A DNA stretch of 64,000 nucleotides, taken from the human T2T-CHM13v2.0 reference genome, Homo sapiens. The stretch lies in the NCBI RefSeq assembly GCF_009914755.1, contig NC_060929.1; one strand, written 5' to 3'. The translations under genes and the position numbers were made by a program. The notes under the pieces were generated by a model. That model did no database searches. It was given only the letters and a program-made list of their open reading frames with translations, and was not told the origin of the DNA. Shown here in pieces: positions 63,215-64,000 of this stretch (within the stretch, counting starts at the first letter, position 1; each line of letters begins with the position of its first letter).

Positions 63215-64000
<786 letters not shown>

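Overview
This window is primate (human-like) genomic DNA dominated by interspersed repeats. I find no intact protein-coding gene, RNA gene or CRISPR array; the ORF-track entries are L1 ORF1/ORF2 remnants, Alu or microsatellite read-throughs, or chance ORFs. Main contents: (1) a full-length but disrupted L1PA8-like element at 13.4-20.2 kb with a perfect 16-bp target-site duplication (TSD); (2) a 5'-truncated L1MA4-like element at 25.9-30.2 kb; (3) a ~17.5 kb nested stack at 41.5-59.1 kb. In the stack, an old near-full-length L1MA8/9-like element hosts a full-length L1PA6-like insertion with an apparent ~830-bp 3' transduction, three Alus, a young antisense L1PA2/3-like fragment, and a processed pseudogene of CYSTM1. 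Two local templated duplications stand out: a 97-bp direct copy at 29484/30508 and a ~165-bp inverted copy at 57887/56693. The rest is Alus, MIR/L2 remnants, MLT1 LTRs, DNA-transposon relics, simple repeats and a few repeat-free, motif-rich islands that may be enhancers. Subfamily names are from recalled consensus features, not a RepeatMasker run. I see no evidence of a novel multi-gene system; the interest lies in retrotransposition and DNA-repair scars.
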